DNA from: a virus
Virus record (IMG/VR): IMGVR_UViG_3300035670_000162
Coordinates: 6,428 to 70,427 of that record
DNA length: 64,000 nt
Strand: one strand, 5' to 3'
Part shown: positions 9,908-18,775 of the stretch, piece after piece
How positions within the stretch are numbered: the first letter of the stretch is position 1
How the letters are laid out: each line of letters starts with the position of its first letter
Program-made: the position numbers and the translations under genes
The notes under the pieces: model-generated
Seen by the model: only the letters and a program-made list of their open reading frames with translations
What the model was told of the DNA's origin: nothing
Databases searched by the model: none

Positions 9908-11509
9908 ATGGAAAATTTAAACTTTTCATTCCCAATTGATCTTGTAAAAAAAGAGCAGCGTATTGTTGTTGGAATCGCTACTGCAGATAATGTCGATAAA
10001 GCTGGCGATCTTATTGAATTTCAAGCGTCAATGGAGGCTTTTAAAAATTGGGCTGGGAATATTCGTGAGATGCATTCTCCTATAGCGGTTGGAAAAGCTA
10101 TAGATTATAAGCCAGTTATTATAACAGATGTTGGTGGTAATAAATACAACGCTATTCAAGTAGAGGCTTATATATCAAAAGGCGCACAGGACACTTGGGA
10201 AAAAGTTCTTGATGGGACCTTGAGATCTTTTTCTGTTGGTGGAAAAATTCTAGAAAAACAGCTTGATACTAAAAAAATGTTTAGAGGAAAACCTGTTAAT
10301 GTAATTAAAAAATATGAACTTGGTGAGCTAAGCTTAGTTGACAATCCAGCAAATCCTACTGCTGTTATTGATGTTGTTAAGTTTGATAATTCAAGTAATC
10401 TTGATTATATTCTTAAGATTGATTGTGAAGATATAAACTTAACTATTCCTGAATCTGTTAAAAGAATGGCTCAGGTAGGTCTTAATCAAAGAAAAGAGCA
10501 CGGCCGTGGTGGTACAAGTGTTGGGCTATCGTCGGCTAGAAGATTGGCCTCTGGGGGCACGGTTTCTCCTGAGTTTGTAAGAAAAGTAGCAAGATATTTC
10601 CCAAGACATGCTGTCGATCTTAGAGCTGAAGGTGCTGATCCGGGTGATGATGGTTATCCGTCTAATGGAAGGATTGCTTGGAATCTTTGGGGTGGCACGC
10701 CTGGTTGGGTTTGGGCTAGATCAAAAGTTCGCCAACTTGACAACTGTACAAAAAAGATGAATTTTTCTAATTTTGAAAAAGAAAATAACTGTTCATGTGG
10801 ATGTGGCGGTTGTGATGGTGATATTATTAAGGAGTTCAATATGAGTGATATTAATAAAGATATCAAAGAATCAGATTCGATACTAAGAGATCTTTTGTTA
10901 GAAATGAGTGATAACGAATTGTCTATGATTGAAGATAGTCATGAAGTCGAATTGTTGCTTAATGATGAAAATTATGATAAGGTATCAGACATGAATGTTA
11001 CAGCTGAGCAAAAGTTGTCTCTAGTAAAAAGATTTATTAACTGGTTATCAGTTGATGAACAGATGGGCATTGAAAAGTCTGTCGAAATTGAAGAAGCTTC
11101 AACTGAATCCGAAGTTGAAGCGGATAACAATCAAATGGAGGATCAAATGGATTTAGAAATTCTAAAAGATGCTCTTGGTTCAGTCATTGATCAGAAGCTG
11201 ACTGATTTCGCCGCTTCTCTTAAGGAAGAAGTTGAAACATCAGTCGACGCAAAGATTGAGGAAGTAGCCAAGAGTGCTGACAATCAGCTTCATGACCTTG
11301 AAGCTAAGTTAGCAGCTGCAGAGCAAGCTCTTGCAGAGCAAACAGCTAAAGTTGATGCGTATGCGTCAGCTGGAGCAATTAAGAAAAGTGTAGATCCAGA
11401 AGATGGTGACGGTGATGAGGATGAGTTGGTTAAGTCCGCACCTAAGCCATTCTGGAATAATGTTTATCTGCCATCAGAGCTTATCAATGCTCTTGGCTAT
11501 GAGTCGTGA
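9908..11509 (+). CDS. Prohead protease fused to scaffolding region
   Basis: IREMH, SFSVGG, ELSLVDNPAN HK97-type protease motifs; acidic coiled-coil C-terminus; precedes capsid. Confidence 0.85.
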   Translation: MENLNFSFPIDLVKKEQRIVVGIATADNVDKAGDLIEFQASMEAFKNWAGNIREMHSPIAVGKAIDYKPVIITDVGGNKYNAIQVEAYISKGAQDTWEKVLDGTLRSFSVGGKILEKQLDTKKMFRGKPVNVIKKYELGELSLVDNPANPTAVIDVVKFDNSSNLDYILKIDCEDINLTIPESVKRMAQVGLNQRKEHGRGGTSVGLSSARRLASGGTVSPEFVRKVARYFPRHAVDLRAEGADPGDDGYPSNGRIAWNLWGGTPGWVWARSKVRQLDNCTKKMNFSNFEKENNCSCGCGGCDGDIIKEFNMSDINKDIKESDSILRDLLLEMSDNELSMIEDSHEVELLLNDENYDKVSDMNVTAEQKLSLVKRFINWLSVDEQMGIEKSVEIEEASTESEVEADNNQMEDQMDLEILKDALGSVIDQKLTDFAASLKEEVETSVDAKIEEVAKSADNQLHDLEAKLAAAEQALAEQTAKVDAYASAGAIKKSVDPEDGDGDEDELVKSAPKPFWNNVYLPSELINALGYES

Positions 11510-11527
11510 TTAGGAGGATTTATTAAA

Positions 11528-12556
11528 ATGGCAACTCAAGAAGAAATTTTAGCAAAGGCTAATGAGGTAACCACTTCCGTTGTAGGTGGTGCTTCTGGTG
11601 GCCTTCTTAACGCTGAACAGTCTAATCGCTTCCTTGATTTCGTGGTCGATCAGTCTGTTCTTATGCAAAATAGCCGCGTCGTTCGGATGCGGACACCTAC
11701 TATGGACATCGATAAGATGTCAGTTGGAACTAGAATCATGCGGAAGGCAACTGAAGCTACTGATGATGGCACCAACGCAGCGGTAACCTTTTCAAAGGTT
11801 TCGCTCACCAGCGTCAAACTTCGTCTTGACTGGGAAGTCTCAACCGAGTCTCTAGAGGACAACATTGAGGGTTCTTCGCTTGAGGATCATCTCGCTCAAG
11901 TCATGGCTCGCCAGACTGCGAACGATCTTGACGATCTTCTCATCAACGGCAACACTTCGTCTTCGAATACCTTGCTTAAGGCTCTTGACGGTTTTGTTAA
12001 GCTAGCTCTTGCTAGCGGCACCACGGTTGATGAGGGTGGCGACAACGTTTCTCGTTCGGTATTCGATCGGGTTCTGCGTAATCTCCCCAACAAGTATCTT
12101 CAGCGTCGTAATGAGCTTCGGTTCTTTACTGGCCCAGGCATTGTTCAGGATGCAATCTACTCACTACAGAATCCTAACTCTGCAACAGAGGCTACCGCTG
12201 GTGCTCCAAGCCCAGGTTCAACCACTGGCGACATGGCTTTCTTGAACGGGGCTATGCGTGCAAATGGCGGTGTTGGTTCGACTGGCCTTGCTCCATTCGG
12301 TATCGGGCTTATTGAAGTTCCTCTAATGCCAGAGGCTGTTTCTGGAGACTACTCTGGCGCTGCCGGTTCACATGGTTATGTTGAATTGACTTTCCCCAAT
12401 AACCGAGTTGTTGGTCTTCACCGGGACATCACGGTATACCGCGAGTTCCAGCCTAAGACTGACACTATTGAGTACACTCAGTATATGCGTGTTGCTTGCA
12501 ACATTGAGAATGCTGATAGCTACGTAATCGCTAAGAACGTCAAGCTTCGTAGCTGA
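11528..12556 (+). CDS. Major capsid protein
   Basis: GGLLNAEQSNRF, ESLEDNIEG, DLLING; SD AGGAGG; strong codon bias; terminator follows. Confidence 0.9.
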   Translation: MATQEEILAKANEVTTSVVGGASGGLLNAEQSNRFLDFVVDQSVLMQNSRVVRMRTPTMDIDKMSVGTRIMRKATEATDDGTNAAVTFSKVSLTSVKLRLDWEVSTESLEDNIEGSSLEDHLAQVMARQTANDLDDLLINGNTSSSNTLLKALDGFVKLALASGTTVDEGGDNVSRSVFDRVLRNLPNKYLQRRNELRFFTGPGIVQDAIYSLQNPNSATEATAGAPSPGSTTGDMAFLNGAMRANGGVGSTGLAPFGIGLIEVPLMPEAVSGDYSGAAGSHGYVELTFPNNRVVGLHRDITVYREFQPKTDTIEYTQYMRVACNIENADSYVIAKNVKLRS

Positions 12557-12598
12557 TAAAAGCCTTAGGGCCGTTATAGTTATAGTCCTACAGAGAGG

Positions 12599-12626
12599 GG
12601 CGGTGAGTAAAATCACCGCCTTTTTC
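12599..12626 (+). terminator. Intrinsic terminator after capsid gene
   Basis: GGCGGTGA-GTAAAA-TCACCGCC-TTTTT. Confidence 0.85.
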
Positions 12627-12661
12627 TGTTCTTATAACTTCAATTATGATAATATTATTGT

Positions 12662-13024
12662 ATGAGTAATAATGTAATTAAATCGACTGATGTGAATGTT
12701 TCATCGACATCTGAGAGTGATGATGATGCGGGTTTAGATGATGGTGCTGTTGGTGGGCAAGATTCTGAAACACCTCCTGCTAAAAAAGTTGCAGCTAAAA
12801 GGTCAGCTCCTAAGAAGCAATCTCCTAATCAAAAAAAGATAGATACAAAGTTTATCTACTTTGATAGCGGGTCAGCTTATGTGACCAAGGGTGGTTTTAG
12901 ATTTTCTCCGGAGAATAGAATTTATGAACTTCCTATTGATGAGGCCGATCATCTTCTAAATTTTGATAATTTTAGAATTCCTAATCAGATTGAGATGGAG
13001 CAATATTATAAGGAGAACACCTGA
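12662..13024 (+). CDS. Hypothetical protein
   Basis: 120-aa ORF after TGATAATAT -10 element; overlaps next start. Confidence 0.7.
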   Translation: MSNNVIKSTDVNVSSTSESDDDAGLDDGAVGGQDSETPPAKKVAAKRSAPKKQSPNQKKIDTKFIYFDSGSAYVTKGGFRFSPENRIYELPIDEADHLLNFDNFRIPNQIEMEQYYKENT

Positions 13025-13407
13025 TGGCCGGTAATTTAAGTAATTATCTTGAGAATAAGATCCTTGATCATTTTCTTGGCACGACTTCTTACACGATGCC
13101 TTCAACTGTATATCTTGCACTCTATACAGTCGCCCCGACAGATGCTGGTGGTGGCACAGAGGTGACTGGTGGGTCTTATGCAAGAAAACCTATCACCTTT
13201 TTATCTTCTAGCGGTGGAACTACTTCGAACGACTCCAATGTTGATTTTACAGGTATGCCAGCCTGTACTGTTGTGGCTGTTGGTGTTTTTGACGCTTTGA
13301 CTTCTGGCAATCTACTTGTTTATGGAGATTTAGCTGTAAATAAAACTTTAGATGCTGGAGATATTTTTAGAGCGCAGACCGGCGATATTATTGTGTCAAT
13401 TGACTAA
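13024..13407 (+). CDS. Minor virion protein
   Basis: LSNYLENKILDH...VYLALYT..P...GGTEV.GGSYAR...FDA.TSGNLL, common phage structural pattern. Confidence 0.7.
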   Translation: MAGNLSNYLENKILDHFLGTTSYTMPSTVYLALYTVAPTDAGGGTEVTGGSYARKPITFLSSSGGTTSNDSNVDFTGMPACTVVAVGVFDALTSGNLLVYGDLAVNKTLDAGDIFRAQTGDIIVSID

Positions 13408-13409
13408 GG

Positions 13410-13766
13410 ATGCTTATGGAAAGAAGAGAGTTTAGTGGCGCTGTTGAGGAAACTTCTTTAACTGCCGGGATTTCAGATTCAGATACATCTATAACTGTTG
13501 CTGATGGTTCATCTTATCCAACAGGGGATAGTAACAATTTTGTTATTGTTATTAACAAGGGATTTTCTAGTGAAGAAAAAGTTCTTTGCTCAGACAGGTC
13601 GGGAAATACAATAACAGCTGTGCAACGAGGTTACGATGGCACATCAGCCAGCGCCCATACTTCGGGCGAAAAAATAGATCATGTTTTAGACGCAATAGCT
13701 GTGCAGAGCATGAATAATACAACTTTTAATAATTCCATACTTTTATGGAGTGGGATCGGGGGATAA
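13410..13766 (+). CDS. Minor virion protein (RG.DGT.A..H domain)
   Basis: LTAGIS.SDTSITV...QRGYDGTSASAHTSG. Confidence 0.65.
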   Translation: MLMERREFSGAVEETSLTAGISDSDTSITVADGSSYPTGDSNNFVIVINKGFSSEEKVLCSDRSGNTITAVQRGYDGTSASAHTSGEKIDHVLDAIAVQSMNNTTFNNSILLWSGIGG

Positions 13767-13769
13767 TTT

Positions 13770-14102
13770 ATGGCTAATATTGTACCAAAACTTCTATATA
13801 TAGGTAATGATACAGCTTCTAATGTATATACGGCTTCTTCAAATGTCGGATCTTATGCTATTTTGCGGACTATTAACGTTTGCAATACTTCAGGTACAGA
13901 TAAAACTTTTTCATTACATATAGTTCCGGCATCAGGATCTGCTGGTGCTAATAACAAGGTGATGAGCAACATATCTGTGCCAGCTAATGATGTAATAGTT
14001 TCTGACACAATTTTTGTTTTAAATGCTGGTGGCTCAGTGTATTTTGATCCAGTAGATTCAAACTTGACACTGACTGTTAGCGGTGTGGAGTATGTTGCAT
14101 GA
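13770..14102 (+). CDS. Minor virion protein
   Basis: VYTA...INVCN...SVPAND...VLNAG...SGVE beta-sandwich pattern. Confidence 0.65.
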   Translation: MANIVPKLLYIGNDTASNVYTASSNVGSYAILRTINVCNTSGTDKTFSLHIVPASGSAGANNKVMSNISVPANDVIVSDTIFVLNAGGSVYFDPVDSNLTLTVSGVEYVA

Positions 14103-14761
14103 TAAAAAATCTTTCTGGAAGATATAAAAATATTGAGGTTTTGAACAACATTCTTGTTGGGGGGACTGTCGATGGTAGAGATCTCTCTACTGATGGAAGT
14201 AAGCTTGATGGTGTTGAAGCTAATGCTGATGTTACAGATACTACAAATGTCACATCTGCTGGTGCTTTGATGGATTCTGAGGTTGATAGTGATATTAAAA
14301 CATTGTCACTTCCAAGCTCAACAACAATAAGCACATATGCAAAAACATTGCTAGATGATACTTCTTCTTCAGAAGCTAGAACAACGCTTGGTATAAGTTC
14401 TCTTTCACAGATTGCTTTATGTGATCCACCATCAAGAATTGTTACTGCAAATGCTATAGCAGCAGGGGCTTTTGAAACAGTCACCTGTGCGACATCTGTT
14501 GGTGGGATTTCTGTAAGTGGAGCTGATGGTATAATGTTGGCTGTTACATTTATTCCCGGTGCAAGTGGTGGATTTGCTGCAATAGTTCCAACTTCGGTCA
14601 CCACAACACCATCTGTTTCTTCTGTAAATTATGAAGGTAGTGGTAATGCTATTACAGCTTTTTCGATTGTGAAGCTGAATAGTTCAAGACAATTTAAAAT
14701 TTATTCATCACAAGCTGGTCAATATATCATTGATGCTTTTGGTTTTATATTTGATATATAA
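14099..14761 (+). CDS. Short fibre-like protein with C-terminal domain resembling the endolysin C-terminus
   Basis: TVDGRDLSTDGSKLDGVEANADVTD fibre motif; EARTTLG. Confidence 0.65.
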   Translation: MIKNLSGRYKNIEVLNNILVGGTVDGRDLSTDGSKLDGVEANADVTDTTNVTSAGALMDSEVDSDIKTLSLPSSTTISTYAKTLLDDTSSSEARTTLGISSLSQIALCDPPSRIVTANAIAAGAFETVTCATSVGGISVSGADGIMLAVTFIPGASGGFAAIVPTSVTTTPSVSSVNYEGSGNAITAFSIVKLNSSRQFKIYSSQAGQYIIDAFGFIFDI

Positions 14762-14779
14762 AATATTTAAGGAGATTTT

Positions 14780-14857
14780 ATGAGAACTAAATCGTGCAGT
14801 TGTGGGTGCGAATGCGGTGAACATTGTGATTGCGGATGCGATGAATGCACATGTTGA
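14780..14857 (+). CDS. 25-aa Cys-rich, metallothionein-like peptide (not in ORF track)
   Basis: MRTKSCSCGCECGEHCDCGCDECTC*; SD AAGGAG 5 nt upstream; fills the intergenic gap. Confidence 0.75.
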   Translation: MRTKSCSCGCECGEHCDCGCDECTC

Positions 14858-14867
14858 GGTGTAAAAA

Positions 14868-15791
14868 ATGGATGATGTAAAGATAAATACTTCTAAAACT
14901 TTAAGCTTAACTCTACCGTCTGATGCAGATTCAAATGCAGTTACCGTGAGCTTAATTCATGAGTTTGGAGATACAGTGCAGAGCAATATCTCTGCAACCA
15001 GGGTTTCTGATGGTGTCTATTCTGTTACTTTCGGACAGAGCAGTTCTGGTATTTATTCTTTGAACTCATCTGGAATTCATAGGATAGACTTTAATTATTC
15101 TATATCTGGAACATCTTATACTCAATCTAAATATATCAATGTTTATACACCATATATAGTCTGGGAAGATTTTGCATCGTCTCATCCAGAACTTGTTACT
15201 CTTGCAGGTGTGTTTGATTCAGCTGAAAAAAGAGCTAGAAGTATAATAAATACTTTTTGCGGGCAAACATTTGAATTTTATCCGGATAAATCAATCACTA
15301 TTGACGGGACTGATAGTAAAAATTTACATCTTCCACTACCAATATCTACTTTAAGAAAAGTAACTATTGATTATGGTGACAATGTTGCACAAGTCATCCA
15401 TGATTTTGAAGATGAAACATTAAACAATATAGAGAAAGTTAGACAAAATTTTAATTTTGAGTCATCTTATTTTATAAGATATAAGTCTGGAGTTTCTGAG
15501 ACAAGCTCCAATAGAGTTAGAACTCAAACATTTAAAAGCGTTTCCGACTATAGAATTGAAGGTGATTTTGGATGGCGTTTTGTGCCATTGAATATAAAGC
15601 AGGCGGCTGAGCTTATTATTCTTGATATCCTTAATGACGACTCTGAGTACAGAAGACACGCCTTAACGTCCGTTGATATGGATACTATGAGATTCACTAT
15701 GGCTGGTAATTTCTATGAGTCTACTGGCAATATCGAAGCCGATATATTGTTAATGGACTACACTCTTTTTGTGATGGATTATATAACGTAA
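14868..15791 (+). CDS. Head-to-tail adaptor with N-terminal Ig-like extension
   Basis: AR.IINTFCGQTF...GDFGWRFVP.NIKQAA...STGNIEADILL. Confidence 0.75.
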   Translation: MDDVKINTSKTLSLTLPSDADSNAVTVSLIHEFGDTVQSNISATRVSDGVYSVTFGQSSSGIYSLNSSGIHRIDFNYSISGTSYTQSKYINVYTPYIVWEDFASSHPELVTLAGVFDSAEKRARSIINTFCGQTFEFYPDKSITIDGTDSKNLHLPLPISTLRKVTIDYGDNVAQVIHDFEDETLNNIEKVRQNFNFESSYFIRYKSGVSETSSNRVRTQTFKSVSDYRIEGDFGWRFVPLNIKQAAELIILDILNDDSEYRRHALTSVDMDTMRFTMAGNFYESTGNIEADILLMDYTLFVMDYIT

Positions 15792-16168
15792 TGGCATATA
15801 AAACATATTTTAGATATCATCAAGTTTTAGATTTGTATAAAAATATTTCATCAACAAACAATGCTGGACAAAAATATAACAACTGGTCTGTCTATAAAGA
15901 AAAAATCCCATGCGTTCTCCAGCCAGTTTCGTCTGAGAGACGAGTTACGCCTTATATTGCAAATATTGATGAGTACGAAGTGTTAGTTCCTCATTCATAT
16001 GCTAGCTATTTCTCTTATGGCTATAGAATTGATGGCATTAAAGATAGATATAATACAGCTATAGTGACCGGTCCATTTGAGATTGTTGAAATAAATAGAA
16101 GGACTGGGTGGAATGGCAAACTTAGCCATATCCTGGTCAGGATTCGTCTTGTTGTAGAGGCTAGCTGA
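15791..16168 (+). CDS. Head-tail joining/stopper protein
   Basis: Size and position after adaptor; NNAGQ..W motif. Confidence 0.6.
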   Translation: MAYKTYFRYHQVLDLYKNISSTNNAGQKYNNWSVYKEKIPCVLQPVSSERRVTPYIANIDEYEVLVPHSYASYFSYGYRIDGIKDRYNTAIVTGPFEIVEINRRTGWNGKLSHILVRIRLVVEAS

Positions 16169-16169
16169 T

Positions 16170-16766
16170 ATGGTTGCAAGGTCTAGAAGACATTTTCAAA
16201 TTGAATTTGATGAGAATTCAATTTCTCGTCTTAACAATTTAGCGAACGCCATGGCTCTTTATCCTAATCGTATTGATAAAGCTATTCATGATGCAGCAAA
16301 AAAAACTGAAAAAGATACCAAAGACAAACTTAGAACTAATTATAGAAACACTAAGCTTGCAAGAGAAGACGTTGTGCCTGTGAAAGTTTATATAAATGGT
16401 AACAATATAAAAATAAAAGCTAGCGTACTTTGGGCAGAACCAAATCCAAATGCAGTGACTCAAAACGATACGACTAGGGCAAGATTTCATGCAAATATAA
16501 TGTTGAGAGGTCGAAGGAGATATACTGCAAAAAGATCTAAATTAGATGATCCATACAATCTAGTTAAGTGGAGCAGTGGGGCGATAGAGTATGCTTACGG
16601 TTTTACAGTACCAGCTAAGTCACCAAATTATCAATTTAGAAAGTTTATAACAGGTGGTATGATAAGCAAAATGTTTAAAAAAAATTTGACGAAGGCTCTT
16701 GCAAACCAGGGGATTGGTGGCAGGGGTGGTACTTCAAGAGTCACCCGTGGAGATAACCCAGTATGA
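16170..16766 (+). CDS. Basic neck/tail-completion-like protein
   Basis: Position in the connector block; Lys/Arg rich. Confidence 0.5.
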   Translation: MVARSRRHFQIEFDENSISRLNNLANAMALYPNRIDKAIHDAAKKTEKDTKDKLRTNYRNTKLAREDVVPVKVYINGNNIKIKASVLWAEPNPNAVTQNDTTRARFHANIMLRGRRRYTAKRSKLDDPYNLVKWSSGAIEYAYGFTVPAKSPNYQFRKFITGGMISKMFKKNLTKALANQGIGGRGGTSRVTRGDNPV

Positions 16767-17188
16767 CTATAAATACATTGGCAGTATATGATATAAACTC
16801 TTTCTTAAAGGCGGACTCTTCTTTATCGTCTATCTCAGGTAAAAGTTTAGGATTTTTCCCAATAGTTGCGCCAGACTCAGAGCTTGGTCCTTTTGTTATT
16901 TACTATATCAACCATAACATTCCGAGTGTTGAGGCTTGGTGGAATCGTTACGATGCTGTCAATTATGTCATTTACGATACAGATATAGATAGGATGCTCA
17001 GAATAGGTGAGAGAATGATAGATCTTTTATCTAAAGGTGATGAAATTTCAACGTCTTCTGGAAAAGAGGGCACTGATACAAGAATTTTTTCTACTTATTT
17101 TAACGGAAGCTCTGTTAGTGAATCTATAGAGCGTGACGGTTGGTTTAATATGAATTTAGAGTTTATTCTGTATTATGTTCCTAAATAG
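16763..17188 (+). CDS. Tail terminator-like protein
   Basis: 141 aa, PFVIY motif, just before the tail tube gene. Confidence 0.6.
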   Translation: MTINTLAVYDINSFLKADSSLSSISGKSLGFFPIVAPDSELGPFVIYYINHNIPSVEAWWNRYDAVNYVIYDTDIDRMLRIGERMIDLLSKGDEISTSSGKEGTDTRIFSTYFNGSSVSESIERDGWFNMNLEFILYYVPK

Positions 17189-17201
17189 TATGGTATTATA
17201 A

Positions 17202-17405
17202 ATGGATATGAAGTATACTACTATTACATATGTAGGTCGGTCTGGCAAGGGGTTCTTTGCTAGAGTAGGTAAAAATGTTTACGAATTTGAATGGCAGAAA
17301 GGTGTGGCTATTGGAAATCGTGAAGGTGAAATACCGCCAGACCATGTAAAAAAAATCGCTAAATGGCGCGATAAGCGGGGCAAAAGAATTTTTGTCCTTG
17401 AATAG
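17202..17405 (+). CDS. Small hypothetical protein
   Basis: 67-aa ORF after TGGTATTAT -10 element. Confidence 0.65.
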   Translation: MDMKYTTITYVGRSGKGFFARVGKNVYEFEWQKGVAIGNREGEIPPDHVKKIAKWRDKRGKRIFVLE

Positions 17406-17416
17406 GAGGATTTAAA

Positions 17417-18010
17417 ATGCCAGGTGCAAGTTCAGTTAATACTGCAAATATTGTTGTTGGTGAAGCGGAAGTCAAGATTGGCTCTTCTAACACCAGCATG
17501 ACAAACAGTGATTTCGATAGCCTTACCTCAGTAGGTGGTACTCAGGAAGGTGTGGAAATCTCTTGGGAGCCAGATATGGTCGATATTGAAGTCGATCAGT
17601 ATGGCGATGCTGCTAAAGTAATTCAGTCAAAAGTTAAGGTCATGTTGAAGACCACTATGGCAGAGGCTACTCTCAACAACCTCGCCGTTGCTTGGTCGTA
17701 TGATAATGCTGATGACGGCGCAGATGTTCTGGTAAACAACGATGGCGCAAACACCAAAACTTTCATGTTTGGTGTTCAAAATGTTTATCCATACGAGAAA
17801 GCGATCCAGATTGTTGGAAATGCCCCAGGTTCAAACGCTTCAACTACCAGAACTCGTAAGTTCAACACGAAGAGAGCGATCTCTTTTGAGTCTTCAACGA
17901 TCTCAATGAAGCGCGCAGAGGCCACCACCTTCGCTGTTTCTTTCAGAATTCTTCCAGTATCCGCCGATACTGGTTATGAATACGGTAAAATTATTGATCA
18001 GACTGCGTGA
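17417..18010 (+). CDS. Major tail (tube) protein
   Basis: NIVVG...VG.TQEGVEI..EP...VDQ...T.MAEATL.NL; SD AGGAGG. Confidence 0.85.
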   Translation: MPGASSVNTANIVVGEAEVKIGSSNTSMTNSDFDSLTSVGGTQEGVEISWEPDMVDIEVDQYGDAAKVIQSKVKVMLKTTMAEATLNNLAVAWSYDNADDGADVLVNNDGANTKTFMFGVQNVYPYEKAIQIVGNAPGSNASTTRTRKFNTKRAISFESSTISMKRAEATTFAVSFRILPVSADTGYEYGKIIDQTA

Positions 18011-18023
18011 TAAAAGTTAATAA

Positions 18024-18082
18024 AAAAAGAGCAATACCCTTCAACTATGGTATAATCTACAGTTGGAGGGTATTCCTCTTTT
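18024..18082 (+). promoter_or_regulatory. Terminator-like hairpin whose loop holds an extended -10 promoter
   Basis: AAAAGAG.AATACCCTTCAACT-[ATGGTATAATCTAC]-AGTTGGAGGGTATT.CTCTTTT. Confidence 0.6.
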
Positions 18083-18098
18083 ATCTATAGGGAGAAAA

Positions 18099-18398
18099 AT
18101 GTCACAAAATAAAGATTTACATAGTGGTACTGAAATCGTGTTTGCCGATGGGAAGAAACGTACCATCAAGCCTCTTACAATCCGTCAACTTCGTAAGTTT
18201 ATGAAAGTAGCATCTCAGTTAAATACTGAGTCTGAAATGAGCGACGAAGATATTGACAAAATGATTGAAGCTGCCGGGATTGCTTTGGCAAAGGTTGACC
18301 CAGATCTTGCTGAAGACCCAGATGCTTTAGAAGATATTTTGGATCTTCGGTGTTTTGGTGAATTGATGAACGCAGCTATGGGCGGCGACCCTTCCTGA
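18099..18398 (+). CDS. Tail assembly chaperone (gpG-like)
   Basis: IKPLTIRQLRKFM; between tail tube and tape measure; ATG 18099 with SD GGGAG. Confidence 0.8.
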   Translation: MSQNKDLHSGTEIVFADGKKRTIKPLTIRQLRKFMKVASQLNTESEMSDEDIDKMIEAAGIALAKVDPDLAEDPDALEDILDLRCFGELMNAAMGGDPS

Positions 18399-18730
18399 AC
18401 CCGGAGGGGGGCGTTGAAGATTCTCAAGGCGGTTTGACTTGGGATGAGATCCCTCTCCTTAAATATGAATCAGAATTGCTCGTCAAGTGCGGGGCTTGGA
18501 AATCAATTTACGATATTGAAGATAGCCTAACACTTGATGAGCTTTTCTTGCTATATAGAGCTTCAAATGCCGAATTCGGCATGAATGTTAAAGCCCTTGC
18601 GTCCGTTCAGGGAGCAGAAGTTGATTGGGAAGAGGATTGGTATGATCCAGAACCACCTCGGCCTCCTGAACTTATAGAGAAAGATGATATGAGATTTATA
18701 CCTATTGGTTTAGGTTATGAGTCTAATTGA
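18389..18730 (+). CDS. Tail assembly chaperone C-terminal part (gpT-like), probably reached by -1 frameshift
   Basis: -1 frame open from before the upstream stop (CCC TTC CTG AAC CCG...) to 18730. Confidence 0.65.
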   Translation, partial: PFLNPEGGVEDSQGGLTWDEIPLLKYESELLVKCGAWKSIYDIEDSLTLDELFLLYRASNAEFGMNVKALASVQGAEVDWEEDWYDPEPPRPPELIEKDDMRFIPIGLGYESN

Positions 18731-18775
18731 TTATTGCTTTATTCTCTTTAGAGTGAGATAATTGTATGGTGGTGA

